Below, in pieces: positions 19,777 through 29,228 of a DNA stretch of 64,000 nucleotides (the first letter of the stretch is position 1; every line of letters starts with the position of its first letter). The DNA is from Planctomycetota bacterium (GTDB taxonomy: Bacteria > Planctomycetota > UBA8108 > SXIK01): contig OZ244999.1 in the NCBI GenBank assembly GCA_965223265.1, positions 2,304,001-2,368,000 on the forward strand, in the 5' to 3' direction. The position numbers and the translations under genes were made by a program. The notes beneath the pieces were generated by a model. The model was not told the DNA's origin and made no database searches. It saw only the letters and a program-made list of their open reading frames with translations.

Positions 19777-22700
19777 ATGAGTGTGGCGCGTCAGCGGCTT
19801 TCTGAGGCGTTTCTCCTTGCTGCGCTGATGATCGGGCTTTCGACGCCGCTAACGTCGCAGGTCATCATCAACGAAGCTCTCGCGGTCAACGCGGCGACGA
19901 TCCTCGACGAGGAGCTGCAAAGCTCCGACTGGGTCGAGCTGGTGAATCGCGGCAGCACGCCCGTGAACCTGGCCGGATACGGGCTTTCGGACGATGTGCG
20001 TGAGCCGATGAAGTGGGAGTTTCCGCCGCTGGAGCTCTCTCCGCAGGAGTACCTGGTCGTTTGGTGCTCGGGAGAGGATCGCGTCCTCCCGATTTCGCCC
20101 GCCGCCGTTGTCGAGGGCCGCGTTCCCTTTGTGCCGACCCTAGTGACGCGCGAGGCTGAGTGGAGTTACCTGGTGGGGGACGCCGGCGCGGAAAACTTGG
20201 AGCTTCCAGCTGGGTGGACCGATCTCGAATTCGACGACGCAGGCTGGCCGACCGGGCAGCCTGGGTTCGGATTCGGCGATGACGACGACACGACGGTGCT
20301 GCCAGAAAACATCGGGGCGGTTCTCCTCCGCCACCGCTTTCGCCTGAGCGGCGATGATTTAGCGACGGGTACGCTGTTTCTACAGGCCGACTTCGACGAT
20401 GGATTCGTCGCCTATCTCAACGGCGTTGAGATCCTACGCGTCAACGTCGACGAGGGCGCTCTCGATTTCGCCAGCAAGGCCTCGCGCGGTCATGAGGCTG
20501 GCGAGCCAGAGCGTTTTGCTCTCGGCGAATGGTTAAGTCTGCTCCAACAAGGGGACAACATTCTGGCGATGGTTCTCCTCAACTTGAGGGTCGACAACAA
20601 CGATCTTTCGCTCATTCCAGAGCTGGGTGAGTCCGCCTTCGTGGCCCACACGAACTTTCGGCTCTCGAGTAGCGGCGAGACTGTTGTGCTGACCGCCCCG
20701 GACGGCACGCCAGCGAGCTCGTTGACGTTGCCTTCACCGCAGGTGCGTGACCGTTCGTACGGGCGAACGTCTCCGAGCGCCGAGAGCGGCATGTATTTTC
20801 TACAGCCGACACCCGGTGCGCCGAACGACTCGCTCGCTTCCACCACCCCGATCGCCAGCGAGCCGCTGATTGAACCCGCAGGCGGTCGGCAGACGGCAGC
20901 GGTGACCGTGAGCGTCTCGGCTGAAGGTTTTCCCTTCGACCAGGTCGAAGTGCGCTACACCCTCGATGGCTCCGTCCCCACGGCGGAGAGCCCGCTCTAT
21001 ACGGCACCGTTCGTTGTCGATGGCGATGCGAGCGTCCGCGCGGCAGTGTTCCGGGCGGCAGAGCGCATCAGCGAGGTGGCGACGCGCGGCTATTTCTTCA
21101 CGGCGGACCGCTTTGCTCTACCGATCTTTTCCATCGCCATGGCACCCGAGCGTTTCGAAGCGGTTCATGCCAGCGGTGCGGGCGAGACGCCCATCCATCT
21201 AGAGATCCTGGCACCGTCGGGAGAGATCGTCGCCTCGACCGGGGCCGGAATGCGTCTCCACGGCGGCGCGGGCCGCGGTGGCGATTTGAACATCAAGAAG
21301 TCGTATCGTCTGAATTTTCGTTCGCGCCACGGCGATGGTGTGCTGCAAGCACCGGTCGTGCTCGACACTCCTGTCGACGAATTCGATAAGCTCGTCCTCA
21401 GGGCGAACTTCAATGACGCATTCCGCAACGGCCCCCGAGCTTCACTCATCCGCGATCAGGTCATTCGTGATGTGCATGGCGAAATGGGCGGTGTCTATTC
21501 GCATGGCGGGTGGTTCAGCCTCCTCGTCAACATGGAATACCGCGGCATCTACAACGTTGTCGAGCGCATGGATCGGAAGTTCCTAGCGTCGTACTTTCCA
21601 GGCGAGGGCGAGAATTGGTACGTCATGAAGACCGGTGAAACCCCTCTCGACGGTGGCAACGAAGCGGTGGATGCTTGGAGGGAAATGAAGGAGTTTTTCG
21701 AGACTTCAGACTTCACCGATGACGCCTCGCTGGAGGCTGCGGATCGCGTCATCGACCTCCACGACTACACGCGGTATATGATCGTCAACATCTGGGCGCA
21801 GAACCAAGACTGGCCACAGAACAACTGGTACGCGGCGCGGCCGTCGCGTTTTGACGGTCGCTGGATCTTCATGTGCTGGGACGCCGAGTGGGGACTCGGC
21901 TACAACCCGCAAGGTTGGAGCTCCGACACGCTCGAGCATGTGTTCGAGCGCGAAGGCGCGCCGGTTGCCATTCCTTTGGTAGCCCTCATGGACAATTCGT
22001 CGTACCAGCGGTTCTTCTTCGCCGAAGTCGAGCGTTACCTCGAAGGTCCACTGCGAGCCGAGAACGTCCTCGCGCATATCTCCCGGGCAGGAGATTTCGT
22101 CGCGCTCGACATCGCTCACGAGACGACGCTACCGGGGCCGTCCGGCGACTTTGACGTCGCGACCTGGGAAGCGAGCCTTGCCGAGGTGGAAGAGTTCGCC
22201 ATCGAGCGTGGCGCGCGATTTCGTAACATTATGGCTGCCTCCCAGGCGTTTACGTTTGCGCGCGTGACCAACGCGCGTCCTGAGGAGATCAGTCCCGAGG
22301 GGCCAGGATTTGAGGTGTTGCTCGCCGGGCGAAACCTCAGCGTGGAGACGCGCATTCTTTTCAACGAACTGCTATCACCGCGTGTCGAGCTGGATAATTC
22401 CCGTCGCATGCGAGCAGTTTTGCCCTACGACCTGCGCGTCGAGGGCGAGCCTGAGATCACCGTCGAGGATCCCGTCTCGGGGGTTTACGCGGCGCGCGGT
22501 CTCCTGCGGGTGACGTTTCCACGGCCGCAGCCGACGAGCCTCACTCCGGCGCATGGCACGCCTGAGGGCGGCGACCGCATCGTCATCAGCGGCAGCGGCT
22601 TCGTTTCGGGCGCCCGAGTAGAATTTGGCGGCGTCGCAGCAGCGTCCGTCGATGTCATCGACGGTTCGACCTTGAGCGTCGTCACGCCTCCGGGTAGCGG

Positions 22701-23064
22701 TGTGGTCGATGTGCGCGTCGTCAACACTCGCCCTGGGGAACTACCAGGAGAGATGACGCTCGACTACACCTACACGCCGGCGAGCGGCGGGTTTCGGCGT
22801 GGTGATGGCAACGTCGATGGTGCGATCAACATCACGGACGCCATCGCGACGCTGCGGTTCCTTTTCGCCAGCCTCGCGAACCTACCGTGCGAGGACGCGC
22901 TCGATGCCGACGATTCCGGAAGGGTCGAGGTGTCTGACGCGATCCACGTCCTGAACTATCTGTTCCGCGCCGGCAGCCCGCCGCCCGAGCCGCCGATCGA
23001 CAACTGCGGCGACGATCCGACCCCGGACGCGCTGCGCTGCGACTTGGGTGTCAGCTGTTTCTGA
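19777..23064 (+). CDS. Secreted CotH-kinase family protein with lamin-tail, CHB, IPT/TIG and dockerin domains
   Basis: Likely start ATG 19777 with signal peptide. VIINEALAVN..SSDWVE; KKSYRLNFR, LRANFND, YRGIYNVVER, NQDWPQNNW, WDAE; IPT GTPEGGDRIVISGSGF; RRGDGNVDGAINITD dockerin. Confidence 0.85.
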   Translation: MSVARQRLSEAFLLAALMIGLSTPLTSQVIINEALAVNAATILDEELQSSDWVELVNRGSTPVNLAGYGLSDDVREPMKWEFPPLELSPQEYLVVWCSGEDRVLPISPAAVVEGRVPFVPTLVTREAEWSYLVGDAGAENLELPAGWTDLEFDDAGWPTGQPGFGFGDDDDTTVLPENIGAVLLRHRFRLSGDDLATGTLFLQADFDDGFVAYLNGVEILRVNVDEGALDFASKASRGHEAGEPERFALGEWLSLLQQGDNILAMVLLNLRVDNNDLSLIPELGESAFVAHTNFRLSSSGETVVLTAPDGTPASSLTLPSPQVRDRSYGRTSPSAESGMYFLQPTPGAPNDSLASTTPIASEPLIEPAGGRQTAAVTVSVSAEGFPFDQVEVRYTLDGSVPTAESPLYTAPFVVDGDASVRAAVFRAAERISEVATRGYFFTADRFALPIFSIAMAPERFEAVHASGAGETPIHLEILAPSGEIVASTGAGMRLHGGAGRGGDLNIKKSYRLNFRSRHGDGVLQAPVVLDTPVDEFDKLVLRANFNDAFRNGPRASLIRDQVIRDVHGEMGGVYSHGGWFSLLVNMEYRGIYNVVERMDRKFLASYFPGEGENWYVMKTGETPLDGGNEAVDAWREMKEFFETSDFTDDASLEAADRVIDLHDYTRYMIVNIWAQNQDWPQNNWYAARPSRFDGRWIFMCWDAEWGLGYNPQGWSSDTLEHVFEREGAPVAIPLVALMDNSSYQRFFFAEVERYLEGPLRAENVLAHISRAGDFVALDIAHETTLPGPSGDFDVATWEASLAEVEEFAIERGARFRNIMAASQAFTFARVTNARPEEISPEGPGFEVLLAGRNLSVETRILFNELLSPRVELDNSRRMRAVLPYDLRVEGEPEITVEDPVSGVYAARGLLRVTFPRPQPTSLTPAHGTPEGGDRIVISGSGFVSGARVEFGGVAAASVDVIDGSTLSVVTPPGSGVVDVRVVNTRPGELPGEMTLDYTYTPASGGFRRGDGNVDGAINITDAIATLRFLFASLANLPCEDALDADDSGRVEVSDAIHVLNYLFRAGSPPPEPPIDNCGDDPTPDALRCDLGVSCF

Positions 23065-23080
23065 GCGAGCTCGGGGGCAA

Positions 23081-23260
23081 GAGGTGGAGACTGGGGCAGA
23101 GGCGGATACAGATACAGATACAGATACAGATACAGAGTCAGAGTCAAAGACGGAGACGGATACAGAGTCGGAGTCAGAAGCAGAGTTCTGGTACTCCCAC
23201 GCCCACGCAAACGCAAACGCCCACGCAAACGCCCACGCAAACGCCCACGCAAACGCAAAC
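23081..23260 (+). repeat. Bipartite hexamer-periodic tract (GATACA/GAGTCA-type units, then GCCCAC/GCAAAC-type units)
   Basis: gataca x5, gagtca x2, gagacg..., then about 10 gcccac/gcaaac units. Confidence 0.9.
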
Positions 23261-23321
23261 CGGCGCGGCAGCGGCGATCGACCCGAAGGCAGAGAAGAGC
23301 TGTGCTGCTCTGGGCGTGCGT

Positions 23322-23445
23322 GCGGCGGCGGTTTTGTCGATCGTAACCGAAGCCGAGACGGCCTCAAGGGTGCCCTCGCTGCGCTCGGCGCTTCGCGCCC
23401 TTGACCCCGTCTCGGCTTCGGCCAGCGGGAGTGAAACGCCGCCGC
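23322..23445. repeat. Long branched hairpin upstream of the four-helix-bundle gene
   Basis: ccgaagccgagacgg (23347) / ccgtctcggcttcgg (23421) with inner tcaagg / ccttga; outer gcggcggcg / cgccgccgc. Confidence 0.75.
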
Positions 23446-23490
23446 GGCGGGCGTCGGCGACAGGTCACTGGGCCGTTACCGGAGGCACAC

Positions 23491-23814
23491 ATGGGCTTTC
23501 TTGCTCTGGATCACACTTTTGGCATCGTCCGTCAGCTGCGTCCCCTTGTCTCGAGCATCCGTCGTCACGACTCGAAGCTTGCAGCTCAGCTGCGCGATGC
23601 CGGATCGTCGGTGGCACTCAACCTTGGCGAGGGCAATCGGCGTCAGGGTCGTGACCGCGGACATCTTTGGCGCGTTGCTTCGGGCAGCGCCGAAGAGGTG
23701 CGCACGGCGCTCAAGGTTGCTGCAGCGTGGGGCTACATCGATCAAGCTGAGGCTGCCGCAGTGCTCGCGGATATCGATGCGCTGCAGGCGATGCTTTGGA
23801 AGCTCACTCGCTGA
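23491..23814 (+). CDS. Four helix bundle protein (23S rRNA IVP / Avd-like family)
   Basis: GGAGG RBS at 23481. Motifs LAAQLRDAGSSVALNLGEG, ASGSAEEVRTAL, AWGYI, AMLWKLTR; 107 aa. Confidence 0.85.
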   Translation: MGFLALDHTFGIVRQLRPLVSSIRRHDSKLAAQLRDAGSSVALNLGEGNRRQGRDRGHLWRVASGSAEEVRTALKVAAAWGYIDQAEAAAVLADIDALQAMLWKLTR

Positions 23815-23828
23815 CGCGGGAACCCTGG

Positions 23829-23858
23829 CCCGCCGTGCCGTTTGGCGCGGCGGGTTTT
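23829..23858 (+). terminator. Probable intrinsic terminator
   Basis: cccgccgtgcc-gttt-ggcgcggcggg then tttt, just after the stop. Confidence 0.6.
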
Positions 23859-23864
23859 GGCGAG

Positions 23865-24005
23865 GAGTCAGAAGCGAATACAGATCCGGAGACCGCCCAC
23901 ATCCACGCTCGCAAGACCGGACGGCACGCGGCGCGTGCCGTCTACTTTGGGAGACGCCCACGCAAACGCAAACGGCGCCGTCACGGATCCTGGCTTCGAC
24001 TCAGC
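23865..24005 (+). repeat. Downstream hexamer-periodic tract with a REP-like hairpin
   Basis: gagtca gaagcg aataca gatccg gagacc gcccac...; ggacggcacgcggcgcgtgccgtctact; block 23911-23958 matches 32753-32799. Confidence 0.75.
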
Positions 24006-24041
24006 CCATCGTCTGCCGCTGATGCCAACAGTCTCAGAGGC

Positions 24042-24983
24042 CTACTCGAACCAGGCCACGAAGAGCGTTGCCGTACCGTCGGCCTGTGTGATCTCGATCT
24101 CTTGTGGAGGCGGCACTTTGAGCCCTGCCACCGGTGGATGCCAGAATTCAAGGGTGTACGTCCCAAGGGGCACGTTCGGAATGTACACTTGGCCCTTCTC
24201 GTTACTGATGCCCCAGGCGGGGTGCTCCATCACGCAGGCGTACGTTCGTTCCCAAGGGTGCTTGCTGCAAGTGATTTCGACACCGATCTGGGGCTCTTGA
24301 AACCATTTCTCCTTGAAGACGCCAAGCCGCTCCATCTTCGGGAGTTCGACGGTCGCCGGGCGGCCATCGACGATGTTGACGATGTGGGAGAACGAGTCGG
24401 CGTTGAGCAGGCGCAAGTCTTGCCCGATGTGGATCCCGAATGTTGGCGGCGAGAAAACGCACTGGTGAACGTCAAGTAGGACGGGGTCGGAAGGCGGCGC
24501 TGGGAAGGCGAAGTCACTGAGGTCTGAGGCGCGAATGTACACGAAGACGTTGCTCAGTGTTTCCCGGACGCCTAGAGTCACCTGACTGTTCGCGAGGGCC
24601 TCTTCGCCACTGTTCGCCTTGACGCACTCAGGGCTCGACGAGATGTCGACCTTCGCCAGTTCGTTGATTCTTTGGATCGCTGCGGGCTTGATCTTGATGA
24701 CGCCCTTGAGCCAACCGGTTTGATCCAAGACGTGATCGCGGCGCGTCAGCGGCCAGCCGCGCTTCTTCGTCGTTGCATCGCCTTCGGTCTCATTTGCGTC
24801 GTCAGAGACCGTCGTGGCGGTTTGTGCCTTTGTCTCGTCCCCGGCGACGGGCTTCGCAGCAGTTGCCGCGCCAGCCGTCGAGTCGCTCGTTTTGGTCGAT
24901 CCGGCGCGGTCACAGCCGATCGGCCAAAGCGCGGCGGCAGCCCAACAAAAACCCACGATCACCCATCGGCGCTGCAAGGTCAT
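24042..24983 (-). CDS. Lipoprotein with cupredoxin-like / carboxypeptidase-regulatory-like domains
   Basis: AGGAG RBS before ATG 24983; lipobox-like PIGC; LDVHQCVFSP..GQDLRLLNAD..HIV, CSKHPW, NVPLGTYTLEFWHP. Confidence 0.7.
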   Translation of the reverse strand: MTLQRRWVIVGFCWAAAALWPIGCDRAGSTKTSDSTAGAATAAKPVAGDETKAQTATTVSDDANETEGDATTKKRGWPLTRRDHVLDQTGWLKGVIKIKPAAIQRINELAKVDISSSPECVKANSGEEALANSQVTLGVRETLSNVFVYIRASDLSDFAFPAPPSDPVLLDVHQCVFSPPTFGIHIGQDLRLLNADSFSHIVNIVDGRPATVELPKMERLGVFKEKWFQEPQIGVEITCSKHPWERTYACVMEHPAWGISNEKGQVYIPNVPLGTYTLEFWHPPVAGLKVPPPQEIEITQADGTATLFVAWFE

Positions 24984-25218
24984 TTCGTCGTCTCCTGTAG
25001 ATTCGTCAAAGGTTTCCATTTTATGGGTCGGGCGGCGCGTTGAAACCGCGATTTGACTGAGAAACGGGCGGCTGGGCTGGCGCGACAGGATTCCCCGGAC
25101 GACCGAATGGTGCGCCCGTTCGATTTGCGACCTGCCGAGGTGCGCAGGAGTGCTTCCGGGCACAGGGATTTCTCTTAGAGGGGCCTTCTGCGCCATGCGC
25201 AGCTCTCTTTGCGTCCAG

Positions 25219-26223
25219 TCACGACGAAGGCGATGACGGCGGAGGTTTCGTGCCGAGCGCGGCGACGAGCTCTGCCGCCGCGTGCGCTAAGATTTTGCTT
25301 TTTCGCGTTTCGTTCGGTTCGCAGTACGCGAAAAGAGCTAACGCGATCGGCCCGTCGTCGGTGTAGACGATTCCAACATCGGCCTTCACGCGCCAAGTGC
25401 CACCGCTCTTATGCGCGACGATGACGTCAGGGGAGAGGTGCCTGGGAATGACGGTTCGGTCGGCGGTTAGTCGCATGAGATCGAGAATCGATCTGGACGC
25501 TTCCGCGCTGACGACCTCGCCGGCATGGAGTTTTGCGAGCAGCTGCCCCATCTCGCGCGGTGTCGCGACATTCCCGTCTGTACTGCGGTCAGCGAAACCG
25601 CGTGGTACGAGGGTGCCGGCACGGGCGCGAGCCGTCAGCTGTGCGTCGAGCTCCGCCGACGCGGTGTCGGCGCCGACATCCATCATGCCGTAGTGCATTG
25701 CCGTGACGTTTGCCGACACAGTTGTCCGCTGGAGGCCTAGGTTTCGGAGAGACTGAGTCACTGACGCCGCGTCGAGCGTCTCCATGAGGGTGTCGGTGGC
25801 GACGTTGTCGCTGAAGATCATCATCAGGCGGCTGAGGTCGCTGACTGACAGTTCCGCATCGGTGCTGAGGTGTTTGAGGACGCCCGTACCGTGGCGCGAC
25901 GCGGCCCGCGACACTCGACGGCGCTCGGCCAGAGTGAGCTCGCCTGCGTGGACGCGCCGGTGTAGCTCGACGAGTACGGCGAGCTTGAAGACGCTCGCAG
26001 TTGGGAAAAGTTCATCAGCATGCCGAGCGAAGGTGGCGCCGGTGCGCAGGTTGCGCGCATAGATGCCGACATCGCCGCGAAAACCATGGAGCAGCACCTC
26101 GATGCGATTCTCGATTGCTGGGGCACGCATCGACGTCGCTGTGCAGCTCGCCGCGCAGAGCATCGTCACGAGGCTGCAGGCCAAAAGGCGCGTTGTCTTC
26201 ACGGCGCGATTCTCTGCTTCCAC
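25219..26223 (-). CDS. Class A beta-lactamase-related serine hydrolase
   Basis: SxxK (ASVFK), SDN and HKSG motifs; signal/lipoprotein-like N-terminus. Confidence 0.85.
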   Translation of the reverse strand: MEAENRAVKTTRLLACSLVTMLCAASCTATSMRAPAIENRIEVLLHGFRGDVGIYARNLRTGATFARHADELFPTASVFKLAVLVELHRRVHAGELTLAERRRVSRAASRHGTGVLKHLSTDAELSVSDLSRLMMIFSDNVATDTLMETLDAASVTQSLRNLGLQRTTVSANVTAMHYGMMDVGADTASAELDAQLTARARAGTLVPRGFADRSTDGNVATPREMGQLLAKLHAGEVVSAEASRSILDLMRLTADRTVIPRHLSPDVIVAHKSGGTWRVKADVGIVYTDDGPIALALFAYCEPNETRKSKILAHAAAELVAALGTKPPPSSPSS

Positions 26224-26307
26224 CGCAGCACGGCTGCTTCGCCGCTCTCCGGTATGACCATCCCTCCCTGTCTCGCCAACCCGCGCGATCTCATCATCTC
26301 GTCATAA

Positions 26308-26466
26308 CAGCCTGTTGAAAAAGTGCTTCGAGCTGAAAACTGGTCGCTTCGCGTCCAGATCGGCCGCGGCGAACGCAGGTAATCTCCGAGATTTTCGAGG
26401 CTCGCCGCGGCTGATCTGGGCGTGAAGAGGCCGGTTTCTCAGCCGAATGACTTTTTCAACGGGCTG
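26308..26466 (+). mobile_element. 159-bp MITE (IS5-like ends), copy 1
   Basis: TIR cagcctgttgaaaaagt / actttttcaacgggctg; flanked on both sides by ATAA. Confidence 0.9.
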
Positions 26467-26478
26467 ATAAGCGACGTT

Positions 26479-27975
26479 TCATTCAACGGACGATTCCGCA
26501 GCCCGTCGGCCGCGGAGGCGCACGACGTCAAAGCGCCCCGTGTCGTCGAAGCTGCCGACGCCGATCTCGCCGTGAAGAAATGTGTAGTCGACTGTGTGCA
26601 TCACCGGGTGAACCATGTCGTCGAAGTAGACGTCGATCGTGCCGTGCTCCACGTCGCGCGCAACGCGCACGCGATGCCAGCCGTCGTCCCAGTCCGTGCC
26701 GTCCGTGCGACGGCGCGCGATGCTGACGCGTGCAGAATCGTTCACGAGGAAGATCGAATTGGCATGGGCGTCCGCTTTCTTTCCGAGATGCACATAGTAG
26801 AACCGCGTCGGACCTTGGTAGCCGAAGAAGAGGCAGAGGTCGCGGTGGCCGTAGTCGGGTGTGGTCGACTGGACGCGTACATCGAAGACGAAATCGCTGA
26901 CGTCGACGCCTTCGAGGCGCGAGTAGTTGAAGGGCGAGCGTACTTTGGTTTCGTAGTCACTGCGCTTTTTGATGAGTGCGTACACGGTGTTAGCGCCTTC
27001 CTTCTCGATCCGCCAGGCGCTGTCGTCGGTTGGCCTCCACCCACCCGCGCCGCTTGAGAAGTCGTCGGCGTAGAGAAGCGGCAGCTCGGAGCCTTTGAGG
27101 TAGGCGTCGAAGAAGCGAAAGGTTTCATGGGTCGTGCGTCGACGCTCCATCCCCCGCCAGCCGTGACCGCGGCCAGCAAGGATGTTCAGCTCGTTCGGGA
27201 CCCGCGCAGCAGCGAACGCTTCGTGCAACACGTAAGCCTGCTCGACCGGTACGATGCCGTCGGTCGTGCCGTGAAACGTCAGCGTTGGGGCATCTCCGGG
27301 GGTTACGAGCGTGAGCGGAGAAGCGGCAGCGTGTTCCGCCTGTTTTGCATCGACAGGGCCGCCGATGAACGTCGTGATGATGCCGCGGGCACGTTCGCCG
27401 TAGTTTGCCGCGGCGAGGTCTGTCGGACCGAAGAAGTTGACCACCGCCTGGACGCGTGCTTCGGCGTGCTCGGCGCCATTCGGGAAGCCGCCGAGCATGA
27501 GTGAAAGGTGGCCGCCTGCCGAGTGACCGGCGGCGCCGATGCGCTCGGGGTCGATCCCGTACGTCGAAGCATTCTCGCGTAGCCAGATGAGTGCGGCGCG
27601 CACGTCCTCCCACTGCGCTGGCCACGTGAACTGCGGTGCTAGGCGATACGTCACCGTTGCCGCGACGTAGCCGCGGCGGGCTGCTGCTCGTACAAGTCGA
27701 GACTGCGCCTGTCGCGTCCCAGCTTGCCAGCCGCCGCCGTGAATGAAGAGAATCGCCGGTCTCCCGCTGCGACCTGAGCGCAAGGTTGGCCAGGCTATGT
27801 CGAGATGCAGATCGGTGTCGCCGACTGTCCTATAGAGCACGTTTTCCTGGATCGTGATGTCGACGCAGTTGTTGACGTCGGACGGGTGAGGATCTTCGGC
27901 GGTGCCTGGGACGGGCAGCAGCAGTGACGTGGCGATGCAGAAGAGGCGTCCGATGGACTGCGCGGTGATTCTCAT
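26479..27975 (-). CDS. Secreted alpha/beta hydrolase (esterase) fused to a C-terminal DUF1080/concanavalin-like domain
   Basis: Likely ATG 27975 with AGGAG RBS. HGGGW, GHSAGG, FHGTTDGIVP, GRGHGW; C-terminal YADDFS..WHRVRV..GEIGVGSFDD. Confidence 0.8.
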   Translation of the reverse strand: MRITAQSIGRLFCIATSLLLPVPGTAEDPHPSDVNNCVDITIQENVLYRTVGDTDLHLDIAWPTLRSGRSGRPAILFIHGGGWQAGTRQAQSRLVRAAARRGYVAATVTYRLAPQFTWPAQWEDVRAALIWLRENASTYGIDPERIGAAGHSAGGHLSLMLGGFPNGAEHAEARVQAVVNFFGPTDLAAANYGERARGIITTFIGGPVDAKQAEHAAASPLTLVTPGDAPTLTFHGTTDGIVPVEQAYVLHEAFAAARVPNELNILAGRGHGWRGMERRRTTHETFRFFDAYLKGSELPLLYADDFSSGAGGWRPTDDSAWRIEKEGANTVYALIKKRSDYETKVRSPFNYSRLEGVDVSDFVFDVRVQSTTPDYGHRDLCLFFGYQGPTRFYYVHLGKKADAHANSIFLVNDSARVSIARRRTDGTDWDDGWHRVRVARDVEHGTIDVYFDDMVHPVMHTVDYTFLHGEIGVGSFDDTGRFDVVRLRGRRAAESSVE

Positions 27976-28149
27976 CCGTGGTAGCTCCTGAGCAGTGTCG
28001 TTGATCGGCGGGTGGATTCGACCGTATGAGCAGCGGGCGGGCATCCTTGCCGGCGTTTCATCGTGCCTTCGCTGCACCTCTGTTGCGAGCGATTTTCGGG
28101 CGACGTGTGCTGGACGCTGGGGCGCCTCGCCCAAGTTCTCCCGCAGCAA

Positions 28150-29172
28150 CTAACGGGGCCACTCGGCACTGTAGCGCAGGCCAAGGTTGACGATGCGCTG
28201 GATGAGAGGTGCGTACTCAATGCCGGCGGCCTCTGCCGCCGAGGCGAACTCGTCGCCGAAGGCGAGGTCAGGGTTAGGGTTGGGCTCGAGAAGATAGATC
28301 TTTCCTTCAGCCGACAAGCGGAAGTCCATTCGCGCGTACCCATTGAGCCCCAGAATGCGATAAATGCGCTTGCAGGTCTTTGCGAGACGCGTCTCCAAAT
28401 CAGCGGGGAGCTTTTCGGCGCGACCGGTCTTGATGCCGCCGCGCTCCTGATACTCTTGATCCCACTTCACTTTAGCTGTAGCGATGGGAAGTGTACCTTC
28501 TGGGAGGTTCTCAAAAGTCATCTCCCACACTGGAAATGTTTCGAGGCGGTGGTTGCCGAGTACCCCAACGTAGAGCTCACGCCCTTCGATGTATTCCTCG
28601 GCGACGGCGCCCGTCTGCACGTGTTCGTGCACGAAGCGGACGCGTTCTTCCAGCTTTTCGTCACTATGGACGATCGACGCTTGTGCGATGGCGACGGATC
28701 CATGGCCGCTGGCCGCCTTGACGATCAGAGGAAACGAGAGGCGTTTGGGACGCTTGACCTTGCGGCCGATCGGAAACGAAGCGAACTCAGGCGACCGAAT
28801 GCGATGGAAGCGGAGGATCTTCTTCATCATGAGCTTGTCGTCAGACAAGAGAAGACTCGAGGGATTGCAGCCGGTGAACGGTTGCCGAGCGAGCTGCAGG
28901 TAGCCAAGGAGGAACGGAACGTAGAGGCCTTCGCCACGAAACTCTTCAAGCAAGTTAAAGACGATGTGAGGCTTCCACTCCCGGGCCACCGCGCGTATTC
29001 CGGCTACCTCCTCGACTCCGCCCATCGTTTGGACTTCGTGCCCGAGCTCCTCAAGAGCACTGATGACATCGTACTCAGTCTTCCAAGGCGCGATTTCCTT
29101 GTCGGACAGAGCGCTGATGTCCGTTGGAATTGCTACGTCCTGATGCGTCAGGACGAGGACCCGAAGTTTCAC
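28150..29172 (-). CDS. D-Ala-D-Ala ligase-like ATP-grasp protein
   Basis: VFNLLE, PFTG, DKLMMK, FPLIVK..GS, EEYIEGRE, GYARMDFRL, LLEPNPNP. Confidence 0.85.
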   Translation of the reverse strand: MKLRVLVLTHQDVAIPTDISALSDKEIAPWKTEYDVISALEELGHEVQTMGGVEEVAGIRAVAREWKPHIVFNLLEEFRGEGLYVPFLLGYLQLARQPFTGCNPSSLLLSDDKLMMKKILRFHRIRSPEFASFPIGRKVKRPKRLSFPLIVKAASGHGSVAIAQASIVHSDEKLEERVRFVHEHVQTGAVAEEYIEGRELYVGVLGNHRLETFPVWEMTFENLPEGTLPIATAKVKWDQEYQERGGIKTGRAEKLPADLETRLAKTCKRIYRILGLNGYARMDFRLSAEGKIYLLEPNPNPDLAFGDEFASAAEAAGIEYAPLIQRIVNLGLRYSAEWPR

Positions 29173-29228
29173 ACTTCCTCCACCGTAGCCACCGCGTCCA
29201 CCAATCTACAAGATTCGAAGCAGCGAGT

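Noticed and set aside
23048-23404. ORFs with DTDTDT/ANAHAN or LYLYLY dipeptide runs (also 32344..32791)
   Set aside because: Translations of hexamer DNA tracts open in several frames, with no RBS; treated as non-coding, though translation is not excluded.
23081-24005. Diversity-generating retroelement suggested by the Avd-like gene and the duplicated module
   Set aside because: No reverse transcriptase in the window, and differences between the duplicated copies are not adenine-specific.
28150-29172. Gene symbol ddl
   Set aside because: Lacks the canonical N-terminal GGxSxE motif and the cell-wall gene context.
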